NCBI RefSeq assembly: GCF_003334255.1
Contig: NZ_QOWU01000027.1
Direction: 5' to 3' (one strand)
Length of the DNA: 60,537 nucleotides
Origin: Escherichia coli
GTDB lineage: Bacteria; Pseudomonadota; Gammaproteobacteria; Enterobacterales; Enterobacteriaceae
Below, piece after piece: positions 1 through 10,056 of this stretch; position 1 is the stretch's first letter; each line of letters starts with the position of its first letter. The notes under the pieces were generated by a model. The model ran no database searches. It had not been told where the DNA came from and saw only the letters and a program-made list of their open reading frames with translations. A program made the position numbers and the translations under genes.

Positions 1-2351
1 AGTTATCGTGAGAGTAATTCATCGGCACGTTAAATCATATCAGGCGTAATACCACAACCCTTAAGTTAGCGCTTATGAGTAGTCTCCCCTCCCTGGCTTT
101 CGAAAAAGAAAAAATCGCCGATTCCGGTGCTGGATTTAGCGCCATTAGGCATTGAGCCAATCTGTTATCTGACAGAAGAAATCAGTAATCAACTTTTGGC
201 GAAATATATCTGGTATTCAAAACACATCACGGTTAGCCATGAAGAAAGTACTACCAACCTGTTGGCAAGGATGGGTTTTCAACGACGGATCGCTGGTACA
301 TATATTAAAGCTCCCGAAGCGGTAGTTGAGGCATGGCTAAATGAAGATTATTCAACCTTACTAAGTGAATTTAAGGTGTTTCATTCACCTACCGGGCATT
401 ATTGGCAGTTGGGGATTTTGACAACATTGCCGCTGGAGAAAGCAGTAAAAGCATGGAATGCCCTTACCCTATCTCCACATACCGATACCGAATACTCCAT
501 GTTACATTTTGGACTCAAAGGGTTACCTGGGTTAGTAAACTCACTTGCACGCTATCCACAAGAAGCCTTGCCCATCACGAATTACTTCGCAGCGAGTGAG
601 CTGGCACCTGCCGTCGCCCGCGCCTTCAACAAACTCAAAACCCTACGACAAGACGCCCGTAGCTGGCTGCTAAAATACCCGGAACATGCCATAACCGGCC
701 TGCTACCTGCGGCGCTCGGCAAAGCCGGTGAAGCCCAGGATAACGCCCGCGCTGCCTTGCGTATGCTTACCGAAAACGGTCATCAGCCATTACTGCAAGA
801 AATCGCCCGGCGTTATAACCAGCCGGAAGTAACAGACGCGGTGAACGCTCTGCTTGCGCTCGATCCCTTAGATAATCACCCGACAAAAATCCCCACTCTT
901 CCGGCCTTTTATCAGCCATCGCTCTGGACGCGCCCGGTATTAAAAGCAAACGCCCAATCACTGCCAGATAACGCCCTCCTCCACCTCGGTGAAATGCTCC
1001 GCTTCCCTCAGGAAGAGGCTCTATATCCGGGATTATTGCAGGTGAAAGATGCCTGTACCGCCGACTCACTGGCTGAATTTGCCTGGGATCTGTTTACCGC
1101 CTGGCAGACCGCTGGCGCGCCGTCGAAAGAAAGCTGGGCGTTCACTGCGTTAGGCGTTCTCGGTAACGATGACACCGCCCGCAAACTGACGCCATTAATC
1201 CGCGCCTGGCCTGGCGAATCTCAGCATAAACGTGCCACCGTTGGGTTGGATATTCTCGCTGCTATCGGTAGTGATATCGCCCTGATGCAGCTTAACGGCA
1301 TCGCCCAGAAACTGAAATTCAAAGCATTACAGGAGCGGGCAAAAGAAAAAATTGCCGACATTGCCGAAAGTCGCGAACTCACGGTGGCGGAGCTTGAAGA
1401 TCGGTTAGCACCGGATCTCGGTCTGGATGATAACGGTTCGCTGCTGCTGGATTTCGGCCCACGTCAGTTCACCGTCAGCTTTGATGAAACCTTAAAACCG
1501 TTTGTGCGCGATGCTTCCGGCAGCCGCCTGAAAGACCTGCCCAAACCAAACAAAAGCGATGATGAATCGCGGGCTGATGAGGCGGTTAACCGCTACAAAC
1601 TGCTGAAAAAAGATGCGCGTACCGTCGCCGCCCAGCAGGTGGCAAGGCTTGAATCCGCCATGTGCCTGCGCCGCCGCTGGTCACCAGAAAACTTCCAGCT
1701 CTTCCTGGTTGAGCACCCGATGGTTCGCCACTTAACCCGACGTCTGATTTGGGGCGTTTATAGCGCCGACAACCAGCTACAGGCGTGCTTTAGGGTAGCG
1801 GAAGATAACAGCTACAGCACCGCTGACGATGATCTTTTCACCCTGCCGGAAGGCGATATCTCTCTTGGTATTCCTCACGTTCTGGAAATATCACCGACGG
1901 ATGCTGCCGCCTTTGGTCAGCTTTTGCCGACTACGAACTGCTACCACCGTTCCGTCAGCTTGACCGTAACAGTTACGCCCTGACAGAAGCCGAGCGCAAT
2001 GCCAGCGAATTGATCCGCTGGGCAGGCAGAAAATGCCCGAGTGGTCGGGTAATGGGGCTGGCGAATAAAGGCTGGATAAAGGGCACCCCGCAGGATGCAG
2101 GCTGGATCGGCTGGATGATCAAACCTCTCGGTCGCTGGTCGTTAATCATGGAAATCGATGAAGGCTTTGCGGTAGGCATGTCGCCAGCCGAACTCAGCGC
2201 TGAGCAGCTCTTAAGCAAGCTGTGGCTATGGGAAGGCAAAGCAGAAAGATATGGCTGGGGGAGTAATTCAACACAGGAAGCGCAGTTCTCCGTAATCGAT
2301 GCCATCACCGCCAGCGAGCTAATTAACGATATTGAAGCCCTGTTTGAATAA
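1..2351 (+). pseudogene. molR: Decayed paralogue of yehI (large DUF4132-type protein; K-12 molR / yehG-yehH pseudogene). The window begins inside it.
   Basis: ORF 127-1983 aligns colinearly with the C-terminal two thirds of YehI (FAWDLFTAWQ.AGAP, DFGPRQFTV.FDE, RRWS..F). The frame breaks at T-run 1922-1925: gcttttgcc at 1920-1928 versus gctttttgcc at the equivalent yehI site 5618-5627. Homology (FADYELLPPFRQL...) then continues in the frame of ORF 2010-2351. There is an in-frame TGA at 76-78, and homologous residues upstream lie in another frame. Confidence 0.85.
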
Positions 2352-2360
2352 GGAAAGAGC

Positions 2361-5300
2361 ATGGACAAGGAATTACCGTGGCTGGCGGATAACGCCCAAC
2401 TGGAACTGAAATATAAAAAAGGCAAAACGCCGCTCAGTCATCGTCGCTGGCCGGGCGAACCAGTGTCCGTTATCACTGGAAGTCTCATCCAGACATTGGG
2501 TGATGAATTGCTACAAAAAGCTGAGAAGAAAAAAAACATTGTCTGGCGTTATGAGAATTTTTCACTGGAGTGGCAGTCCGCCATCACGCAGGCCATCAAC
2601 TTGATCGGCGAACACAAACCCTCAATCCCGGCCCGGACAATGGCGGCGCTAGCCTGTATCGCGCAAAATGACAGCCAACAGTTGCTCGACGAAATCGTCC
2701 AACAAGAGGGGCTGGAATATGCGACTGAGGTGGTGATTGCACGCCAGTTTATTGCGCGGTGTTATGAGAGTGATCCTCTGGTAGTGACATTGCAGTATCA
2801 GGACGAGGATTATGGCTATGGTTATCGCTCAGAAACCTATAACGAATTCGATCTCCGACTGCGTAAGCATCTCTCTCTGGCAGAGGAAAGCTGCTGGCAG
2901 CGTTGCGCCGACAAACTCATTGCCGCACTACCAGGAATAACCAAAGTTCGCCGCCCTTTTATTGCGCTGATCCTCCCGGAAAAACCAGAAATAGCCAATG
3001 AGTTGGTAGGCCTTGAATGCCCGCGAACTCATTTTCATTCTAAGGAGTGGTTAAAAGTTGTTGCTAATGACCCCACAGCGGTGAGAAAACTCGAACACTA
3101 CTGGAGCCAGGATATATTTAGCGATCGAGAAGCCAGCTACATGTCGCATGAAAACCACTTCGGCTACGCGGCCTGCGCCGCCCTTTTGCGCGAACAAGGA
3201 CTGGCAGCCATTCCGCGCCTCGCGATGTATGCCCATAAAGAAGATTGCGGCAGTCTGCTGGTACAAATTAACCATCCGCAAGTCATCCGCACCTTGCTAC
3301 TGGTGGCTGATAAAAACAAACCCAGCCTGCAACGTGTGGCTAAATACAGTAAAAACTTCCCCCATGCGACGCTCGCCGCACTGGCAGAACTGCTGGCGTT
3401 AACAGAACCACCAGCCCGCCCTGGTTATCCAATCATCGAAGACAAAAAGCTGCCTGCACAGCAAAAAGCACGCGATGAATACTGGCGTACGCTGTTACAA
3501 ACGCTGATGGCATCGCAGCCACAACTGGCAGCAGAAGTGATGCCGTGGTTAAGTACTCAACCCCAGTCAGTGCTGAAGAGTTATTTATCGGCACCGCCCA
3601 AACCGGTTATTGATGGCACCGATAACAGCAATCTGCCAGAAATCCTCGTTTCACCACCGTGGCGTAGTAAGAAAAAAATGACAGCTCCACGTCTTGATTT
3701 GGCACCGCTCGAATTAACTCCGCAAGTTTACTGGCAACCAGGCGAACAAGAGAGGCTTGCCGCCACTGAGCCTGCCCGTTATTTCAGCACGGAATCTCTT
3801 GCGCAACGCATGGAACAAAAAAGTGGACGAGTTGTATTACAGGAACTGGGTTTTGGGGATGATGTATGGCTGTTTCTGAATTATATACTCCCCGGAAAAC
3901 TGGATGCTGCACGCAATTCACTCATTGTTCAGTGGCATTACTACCAGGGGCGGGTTGAAGAGATCCTGAATGGCTGGAACTCCCCGGAAGCACAATTAGC
4001 AGAACAGGCGCTCCGCAGCGGTCACATAGAAGCGTTAATTAACATATGGGAAAATGACAACTACTCACGTTATCGTCCGGAAAAGAGTGTCTGGAACCTG
4101 TATTTATTGGCACAGTTGCCGCGTGAGATGGCTTTGACCTTCTGGCTGCGTATCAATGAGAAAAAGCATCTGTTCGCGGGTGAGGACTATTTTCTCAGTA
4201 TCCTCGGATTGGATGCGCTACCAGGTCTGCTGTTGGCTTTTTCACATCGTCCAAAAGAAACATTTCCGTTAATTTTAAATTTCGGCGCAACAGAACTGGC
4301 CCTGCCCGTTGCCCGCGTCTGGCACCGTTTTGCGGGCCAGCGTAATCTGGCTCGCCAGTGGATTTTACAATGGCCGGAACATACGGCTACTGCACTTATT
4401 CCACTCGTCTTTGTTAAACCCTGCGACAACAGCGAAGCGGCATTATTTGCCCTTCGTTTACTGTATGAACAAGGACATAGTGAATTACTGCAAACGGTTG
4501 CAAACCGCTGGGATCGCGCTGATATGTGGCCAGCCCTGGAAAAAATACTTACCCAGAACCCGATGGAAATTTACCCGGCACGCATTCCAAAAGCCCCTGA
4601 TTTCTGGCATCCGCAAATGTGGTCCAGGCCGCGCCTTATCACTAATAATCAAACTGTTACCAATGACGCTCTGGAAATTATCGGCGAAATGCTGCGCTTT
4701 ACCCAGGGGGGACGTTTTTATAGCGGGCTGGAACAACTGAAAACGTTCTGCCAGCCACAAACGCTGGCAGCTTTTGCCTGGGATCTCTTCACTGCGTGGC
4801 AACAAGCTGGTGCCCCCGCAAAAGACAACTGGGCATTTCTGGCGTTAAGTCTCTTTGGTGACGAAAGCACGGCACGGGATCTGACGACACAGATCCTCGC
4901 CTGGCCACAAGAAGGCAAATCTGCCCGTGCTGTCAGCGGCCTGAACATCCTTACCCTGATGAATAATGATATGGCGCTGATACAGCTGCATCATATATCG
5001 CAACGGGCTAAATCCCGCCCCTTACGTGATAACGCGGCGGAATTTCTTCAGGTGGTCGCAGAAAATCGCGGGCTAAGCCAGGAAGAGCTAGCGGACAGAT
5101 TAGTCCCAACCCTGGGCCTTGATGATCCGCAGGCGTTGAGTTTTGATTTTGGTCCCCGGCAGTTTACCGTTCGCTTCGATGAAAATCTCAACCCGGTTAT
5201 CTTTGATCAGCAAAACGTTCGCCAGAAAAGCGTTCCCCGTTTGCGCGCCGATGACGATCAACTGAAAGCGCCCGAGGCACTGGCCCGACTAAAAGGGCTA

Positions 5301-5993
5301 AAAAAAGATGCTACTCAGGTGAGCAAAAACCTGCTCCCGCGTCTTGAAACGGCCCTACGTACCACCCGACGCTGGTCGCTGGCAGATTTTCATTCTCTGT
5401 TTGTTAATCATCCCTTTACCCGTCTGGTTACCCAGCGATTAATATGGGGGGTTTATCCGGCAAATGAACCGCGTTGTTTACTCAAAGCCTTTCGTGTGGC
5501 CGCAGAGGGGGAGTTCTGCAATGCGCAAGATGAGCCAATTGACCTGCCTGCGGACGCTCTGATTGGCATTGCCCACCCGTTAGAAATGACAGCAGAAATG
5601 CGCAGTGAATTTGCACAGCTTTTTGCCGATTACGAAATTATGCCGCCTTTTCGCCAGTTGTCGCGCCGCACGGTGCTGCTCACACCTGACGAGTCAACCA
5701 GTAACAGCCTGACTCGCTGGGAAGGTAAATCCGCTACCGTTGGGCAACTTATGGGAATGCGATACAAAGGCTGGGAGTCAGGCTATGAGGACGCATTTGT
5801 CTATAACCTGGGTGAGTACCGGCTGGTCCTTAAGTTTTCACCCGGTTTTAACCACTACAATGTTGATAGCAAAGCGCTAATGAGCTTCCGTTCTCTTCGA
5901 GTGTACCGTGACAATAAATCCGTCACTTTTGCCGAACTTGATGTGTTTGATTTGAGTGAGGCGTTAAGCGCACCTGACGTCATTTTCCATTAA
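2361..5993 (+). CDS. yehI: Large (1210 aa) uncharacterised DUF4132-type protein YehI
   Basis: Single long ORF with AAGGA Shine-Dalgarno 8 nt upstream of the ATG. Length and sequence match my recollection of K-12 YehI. It is the intact paralogue of the upstream pseudogene. Confidence 0.93.
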   Translation: MDKELPWLADNAQLELKYKKGKTPLSHRRWPGEPVSVITGSLIQTLGDELLQKAEKKKNIVWRYENFSLEWQSAITQAINLIGEHKPSIPARTMAALACIAQNDSQQLLDEIVQQEGLEYATEVVIARQFIARCYESDPLVVTLQYQDEDYGYGYRSETYNEFDLRLRKHLSLAEESCWQRCADKLIAALPGITKVRRPFIALILPEKPEIANELVGLECPRTHFHSKEWLKVVANDPTAVRKLEHYWSQDIFSDREASYMSHENHFGYAACAALLREQGLAAIPRLAMYAHKEDCGSLLVQINHPQVIRTLLLVADKNKPSLQRVAKYSKNFPHATLAALAELLALTEPPARPGYPIIEDKKLPAQQKARDEYWRTLLQTLMASQPQLAAEVMPWLSTQPQSVLKSYLSAPPKPVIDGTDNSNLPEILVSPPWRSKKKMTAPRLDLAPLELTPQVYWQPGEQERLAATEPARYFSTESLAQRMEQKSGRVVLQELGFGDDVWLFLNYILPGKLDAARNSLIVQWHYYQGRVEEILNGWNSPEAQLAEQALRSGHIEALINIWENDNYSRYRPEKSVWNLYLLAQLPREMALTFWLRINEKKHLFAGEDYFLSILGLDALPGLLLAFSHRPKETFPLILNFGATELALPVARVWHRFAGQRNLARQWILQWPEHTATALIPLVFVKPCDNSEAALFALRLLYEQGHSELLQTVANRWDRADMWPALEKILTQNPMEIYPARIPKAPDFWHPQMWSRPRLITNNQTVTNDALEIIGEMLRFTQGGRFYSGLEQLKTFCQPQTLAAFAWDLFTAWQQAGAPAKDNWAFLALSLFGDESTARDLTTQILAWPQEGKSARAVSGLNILTLMNNDMALIQLHHISQRAKSRPLRDNAAEFLQVVAENRGLSQEELADRLVPTLGLDDPQALSFDFGPRQFTVRFDENLNPVIFDQQNVRQKSVPRLRADDDQLKAPEALARLKGLKKDATQVSKNLLPRLETALRTTRRWSLADFHSLFVNHPFTRLVTQRLIWGVYPANEPRCLLKAFRVAAEGEFCNAQDEPIDLPADALIGIAHPLEMTAEMRSEFAQLFADYEIMPPFRQLSRRTVLLTPDESTSNSLTRWEGKSATVGQLMGMRYKGWESGYEDAFVYNLGEYRLVLKFSPGFNHYNVDSKALMSFRSLRVYRDNKSVTFAELDVFDLSEALSAPDVIFH

Positions 5994-6000
5994 AACACAG

Positions 6001-6022
6001 CGGGCAGTGATGCAACTGCCCG
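6001..6022 (+). terminator. Hairpin just after the yehI stop (CGGGCAGT / ACTGCCCG, 6-nt loop); a weak terminator or attenuator
   Basis: Perfect 8-bp inverted repeat read directly from the sequence. The downstream tract is only weakly T-rich. Confidence 0.3.
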
Positions 6023-6053
6023 TTATCAACACGACTTACCAGCGGGGAAAGCG

Positions 6054-6371
6054 ATGATCGTGCAAAAAGAGCTGGTTGCTATTTACGATTATGAGGTCCC
6101 TGTACCTGAAGATCCGTTTTCCTTCAGACTTGAGATCCATAAATGCTCTGAATTATTTACAGGTTCCGTCTATCGACTGGAGCGATTCCGGCTACGTCCA
6201 ACATTTCATCAACGTGATCGAGAAGATGCTGACCCGCTAATAAATGATGCGTTGATTTATATAAGAGATGAGTGTATTGATGAGCGGAAATTACGAGGTG
6301 AATCACCTGAAACTGTAATAGCAATTTTTAATCGTGAACTACAGAATATATTCAACCAAGAAATAGAATAA
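6054..6371 (+). CDS. yehK: Small uncharacterised protein YehK (105 aa)
   Basis: ORF with GGGGAAAG upstream of the ATG. It is visibly more AT-rich than the flanking genes. Matches recalled K-12 YehK. Confidence 0.8.
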   Translation: MIVQKELVAIYDYEVPVPEDPFSFRLEIHKCSELFTGSVYRLERFRLRPTFHQRDREDADPLINDALIYIRDECIDERKLRGESPETVIAIFNRELQNIFNQEIE

Positions 6372-6448
6372 TATACTCTAAATAATTCAAATTGGTCCGA
6401 TCCGGCGCAACGTCCCAATGGCCTGGATTATAAATCTCATTATCTTAA

Positions 6449-6477
6449 TTGCAACGGGGTCCAGCCGTGGTTATAAT
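6449..6477 (+). promoter_or_regulatory. Near-consensus sigma70 promoter in the yehK-yehL intergenic region
   Basis: TTGCAA (6449-6454), a 17-bp spacer, then a perfect TATAAT (6472-6477). Confidence 0.5.
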
Positions 6478-6483
6478 TCGTTC

Positions 6484-6570
6484 GTTGGAACACGATGTTG
6501 CACAGGCTGTGGTGTTAGGCCTGAAAATAGTAAATAAAAGAACCTGCCTCACCAGCAGGTTTTTTTATTT
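6484..6570 (+). ncRNA. Candidate ~85-nt sRNA or terminated leader transcript upstream of yehL
   Basis: Predicted start ~7 nt after the TATAAT. Internal hairpin CAGGC/GCCTG (6503-6507 / 6519-6523), an A/U-rich linker (6524-6540), and an intrinsic terminator ACCTGC/GCAGGT (6542-6547 / 6555-6560) followed by a T-run (6560-6566). Confidence 0.35.
6542..6570 (+). terminator. Rho-independent terminator
   Basis: 6-bp GC-rich stem, 7-nt loop, then seven T residues; read directly from the sequence. Confidence 0.7.
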
Positions 6571-6677
6571 ACTGTGATCTGCTTTCCAGATATTTTTCGC
6601 TCAAACAACTAATGCGCCAAACATTTATTGCGCGTAAAATATCGTTTATTTCATTAATACATTTCAGGGATGAATAT

Positions 6678-7766
6678 ATGTCACCGCAGAATAATCATCT
6701 GCAGCGTCCGCCTGCTGCTGTGTTATACGCCGATGAACTGGCAAAATTAAAACAAAATGATAACGCACCTTGCCCGCCCGGTTGGCAGTTAAGTTTGCCT
6801 GCGGCCCGTGCTTTTATCCTTGGCGACGAAGCGCAAAATATCAGCCGTAAAGTGGTGATTAGCCCCTCCGCTGTCGAACGTATGTTAGTCACTCTTGCTA
6901 CCGGCCGCGGTTTGATGTTGGTGGGGGAACCGGGTACCGCAAAATCTCTTCTTTCTGAATTACTGGCAACCGCTATTAGCGGCGATGCCGGGTTAACCAT
7001 CCAGGGCGGGGCATCTACCACCGAAGATCAAATCAAGTATGGCTGGAACTACGCCCTGCTTATCAATCATGGTCCGTCAACGGAAGCGCTGGTCCCTGCC
7101 CCGCTTTATCAGGGAATGCGCGACGGCAAAATCGTCCGTTTCGAAGAGATAACGCGTACACCGCTGGAAGTGCAGGACTGTCTGTTAGGTATGCTTTCTG
7201 ACAGGGTGATGACGGTGCCGGAACTCACTGGTGAAGCCAGTCAGCTCTATGCGCGAGAAGGCTTTAATATTATTGCCACTGCCAATACCCGCGATCGCGG
7301 CGTCAATGAAATGAGTGCTGCGCTAAAGCGTCGCTTCGATTTTGAAACGGTTTTTCCGATTATGGATTTCGCCCAGGAGTTGGAACTGGTCGCCAGTGCT
7401 TCGGCGCGTTTGCTGGCCCATAGCGGTATTCCGCATAAAGTGCCTGACGCGGTACTGGAATTACTGGTCCGCACCTTCCGCGATCTGCGTGCCAACGGCG
7501 AAAAGAAAACGTCAATGGATACACTGACAGCGATTATGTCCACCGCTGAAGCCGTGAACGTGGCCCATGCTGTGGGCGTCCGCGCCTGGTTTTTAGCGAA
7601 TCGCGCGGGGGAGCCTGCCGACCTGGTGGAATGTATTGCCGGAACCATCGTCAAAGATAACGAAGAAGATCGCGCGCGTCTGCGCCGTTACTTCGAACAG
7701 CGTGTCGCCACACATAAAGAAGCTCACTGGCAGGCTTATTATCAAGCCCGCCACCGCCTGCCGTGA
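6678..7766 (+). CDS. yehL: MoxR-family AAA+ ATPase YehL (362 aa)
   Basis: Walker A GEPGTAKS (6924-6947), a RFEE Walker-B-like motif, ATANTRD sensor-1 and the AALKRRF MoxR/AAA_5 signature. The ATG at 6678 has AGGGA upstream. The longer ORF start at 6612 lacks support. Confidence 0.92.
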   Translation: MSPQNNHLQRPPAAVLYADELAKLKQNDNAPCPPGWQLSLPAARAFILGDEAQNISRKVVISPSAVERMLVTLATGRGLMLVGEPGTAKSLLSELLATAISGDAGLTIQGGASTTEDQIKYGWNYALLINHGPSTEALVPAPLYQGMRDGKIVRFEEITRTPLEVQDCLLGMLSDRVMTVPELTGEASQLYAREGFNIIATANTRDRGVNEMSAALKRRFDFETVFPIMDFAQELELVASASARLLAHSGIPHKVPDAVLELLVRTFRDLRANGEKKTSMDTLTAIMSTAEAVNVAHAVGVRAWFLANRAGEPADLVECIAGTIVKDNEEDRARLRRYFEQRVATHKEAHWQAYYQARHRLP

Positions 7767-7776
7767 GGAAAGATGC

Positions 7777-10056
7777 ATGAGCGAGCCGTTAATTGTCGGC
7801 ATCCGGCATCATAGTCCGGCCTGCGCCCGGCTGGTGAAATCGTTAATCGAAAGCCAGCGGCCACGATACGTGTTGATTGAAGGCCCGGCTGATTTTAATG
7901 ACCGGGTAGACGAACTGTTTTTAGCCCACCAGCTTCCGGTAGCTATTTACAGTTATTGCCAGTATCAGGACGGTGCAGCCCCCGGGCGTGGTGCCTGGAC
8001 GCCATTTGCTGAATTTTCGCCGGAGTGGCAGGCGCTACAAGCCGCACGTCGCATTCAGGCACAAACTTACTTCATCGATTTGCCTTGCTGGGCGCAGAGT
8101 GAAGAAGAGGACGATTCGCCTGATACGCAAGATGAAAGCCAGGCCTTACTGCTGCGTGCCACCCGCATGGATAACAGCGATACCCTGTGGGATCACTTGT
8201 TCGAAGATGAAAGCCAGCAAACTGCATTACCCTCTGCGCTGGCGCACTATTTTGCCCAACTGCGGGGCGACGCCTCCGGCGATGCGCTCAATCGTCAGCG
8301 CGAAGCCTTTATGGCCCGCTGGATTGGATGGGCGATGCAGCAAAATAATGGCGACGTGTTAGTTGTCTGCGGTGGCTGGCACGCTCCGGCACTGGCAAAG
8401 ATGTGGCGCGAATGCCCTCAGAAAATTAACAAGCCAGAATTGCCCTCGCTGGCAGATGCCGTTACAGGTTGTTATCTCACACCCTACAGTGAAAAGCGCC
8501 TTGATGTGCTGGCAGGATACCTTTCAGGAATGCCTGCCCCGGTATGGCAAAACTGGTGCTGGCAGTGGGGCTTGCAGAAGGCCGGTGAACAACTGCTAAA
8601 AACTATCCTTACCCGTTTGCGCCAGCACAAATTGCCCGCTTCTACCGCGGATATGGCTGCCGCTCATCTGCATGCGATGGCGCTGGCACAGTTGCGCGGT
8701 CATACACTACCGTTACGCACTGACTGGCTGGATGCCATAGCAGGCTCGCTGATTAAAGAAGCCCTGAACGCGCCGTTGCCGTGGAGCTATCGCGGCGTTA
8801 TTCATCCCGATACCGATCCGATTCTGCTAACGTTGATAGACACATTAGCGGGTGACGGATTCGGTAAACTTGCCCCTTCTACGCCACAACCGCCTCTGCC
8901 AAAAGATGTCACCTGCGAACTGGAACGTACCGCAATCTCCCTTCCGGCGGAGCTTACCTTAAATCGCTTTACCCCCGATGGGCTGGCGCAAAGTCAGGTG
9001 TTACATCGGCTGGCAATACTGGAGATCCCTGGGATTGTACGCCAGCAGGGAAGTACACTGACACTTGCAGGCAACGGTGAAGAACGCTGGAAATTAACCC
9101 ACCCGCTTAGCCAGCATGCGGCATTGATTGAGGCCGCCTGCTTTGGCGCCACGCTCCAGGAAGCCGCACGCAATAAATTAGAAGCCGATATGCTGGACGC
9201 GGGTGGAATCGGCTGCATCACCGCATGTCTTAGCCAGGCGGCGTTAGCGAGTCTGGCGTCCTTCAGTCAACAATTACTGAAGCAACTCACGTTATTAATC
9301 GCCCAGGAAAATCAATTTGCCGAAATGGGCCCGGCGCTGGAAGTGCTATATGCCTTATGGCGGCTGGATGAAATTAGCGGTATGCAAGGTGCGCAGATAT
9401 TACAAACGACGTTATGCGCGGCTATCGATCGCACGCTGTGGCTGTGTGAATCCAACGGCAGACCGGATGAAAAGGAGTTTCACGCTCACCTGCATAGCTG
9501 GCAAGCGTTGTGCCATATTCTGCGCGATCTGCATAGCGGCGTTAATTTACCCGGCGTTTCTCTTTCTGCGGCGGTAGCCTTACTGGAGCGACGCAGTCAG
9601 GCGATTCATGCCCCGGCGCTGGATCGCGGCGCGACTCTTGGTGCGCTGATGCGTCTGGAACATCCCAACGCCAGTGCCGAAGCGGCGCTGACAATGCTGG
9701 CGCAGTTATCCCCGGCACAATCCGGCGAGGCGCTGCACGGTTTGCTGGCATTAGCCCGTCATCAACTGGCCTGTCAGCCGGCATTTATCGCCGGTTTCAG
9801 CAGTCATTTAAATCAACTAAGTGATGCCGATTTTACCAATGCCCTGCCCGATTTACGCGCGGCAATGGCCTGGCTACCGCCACGAGAACGCGGGACGCTG
9901 GCGCATCAGGTGCTTGAGCATTATCAACTGGCGCAACTTCCCGTTTCGGCACTGCAAATGCCGTTGCATTGTCCACCGCAAGCCATTGCACATCATCAAC
10001 AACTCGAACAGCAGGCACTGGCATCGCTGCAACACTGGGGAGTTTTCCATGTCTGA
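7777..10056 (+). CDS. yehM: Uncharacterised 759-aa protein YehM
   Basis: ATG 10 nt after the yehL stop, with GAGGAA upstream. N-terminal motifs are VGIRHHSP and VVCGGWHAP. The C-terminal ~500 aa are Leu/Ala-rich and look helical. Confidence 0.9.
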   Translation: MSEPLIVGIRHHSPACARLVKSLIESQRPRYVLIEGPADFNDRVDELFLAHQLPVAIYSYCQYQDGAAPGRGAWTPFAEFSPEWQALQAARRIQAQTYFIDLPCWAQSEEEDDSPDTQDESQALLLRATRMDNSDTLWDHLFEDESQQTALPSALAHYFAQLRGDASGDALNRQREAFMARWIGWAMQQNNGDVLVVCGGWHAPALAKMWRECPQKINKPELPSLADAVTGCYLTPYSEKRLDVLAGYLSGMPAPVWQNWCWQWGLQKAGEQLLKTILTRLRQHKLPASTADMAAAHLHAMALAQLRGHTLPLRTDWLDAIAGSLIKEALNAPLPWSYRGVIHPDTDPILLTLIDTLAGDGFGKLAPSTPQPPLPKDVTCELERTAISLPAELTLNRFTPDGLAQSQVLHRLAILEIPGIVRQQGSTLTLAGNGEERWKLTHPLSQHAALIEAACFGATLQEAARNKLEADMLDAGGIGCITACLSQAALASLASFSQQLLKQLTLLIAQENQFAEMGPALEVLYALWRLDEISGMQGAQILQTTLCAAIDRTLWLCESNGRPDEKEFHAHLHSWQALCHILRDLHSGVNLPGVSLSAAVALLERRSQAIHAPALDRGATLGALMRLEHPNASAEAALTMLAQLSPAQSGEALHGLLALARHQLACQPAFIAGFSSHLNQLSDADFTNALPDLRAAMAWLPPRERGTLAHQVLEHYQLAQLPVSALQMPLHCPPQAIAHHQQLEQQALASLQHWGVFHV

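Noticed and set aside
2010-2351. 113-aa ORF as a stand-alone gene
   Set aside because: Its sequence is the C-terminal continuation of the molR/yehH paralogue (compare the YehI C-terminus). Homology extends upstream of its nominal TTG start to the frameshift at 1922-1925.
6495-6518. 7-codon mini-ORF (MLHRLWC) inside the candidate sRNA/leader
   Set aside because: It has no convincing Shine-Dalgarno and is too short to support as a CDS from sequence alone. It is mentioned only as a possible leader peptide.
7636-7776. Long N-terminal extensions offered by the ORF track (yehM from 7636, yehP from 9821, yehL from 6612, bglX from 24144, dusC from 32535, and others)
   Set aside because: The extensions overlap the preceding gene in another frame or lack an SD. 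Internal ATGs with good SDs give products of the expected family length.
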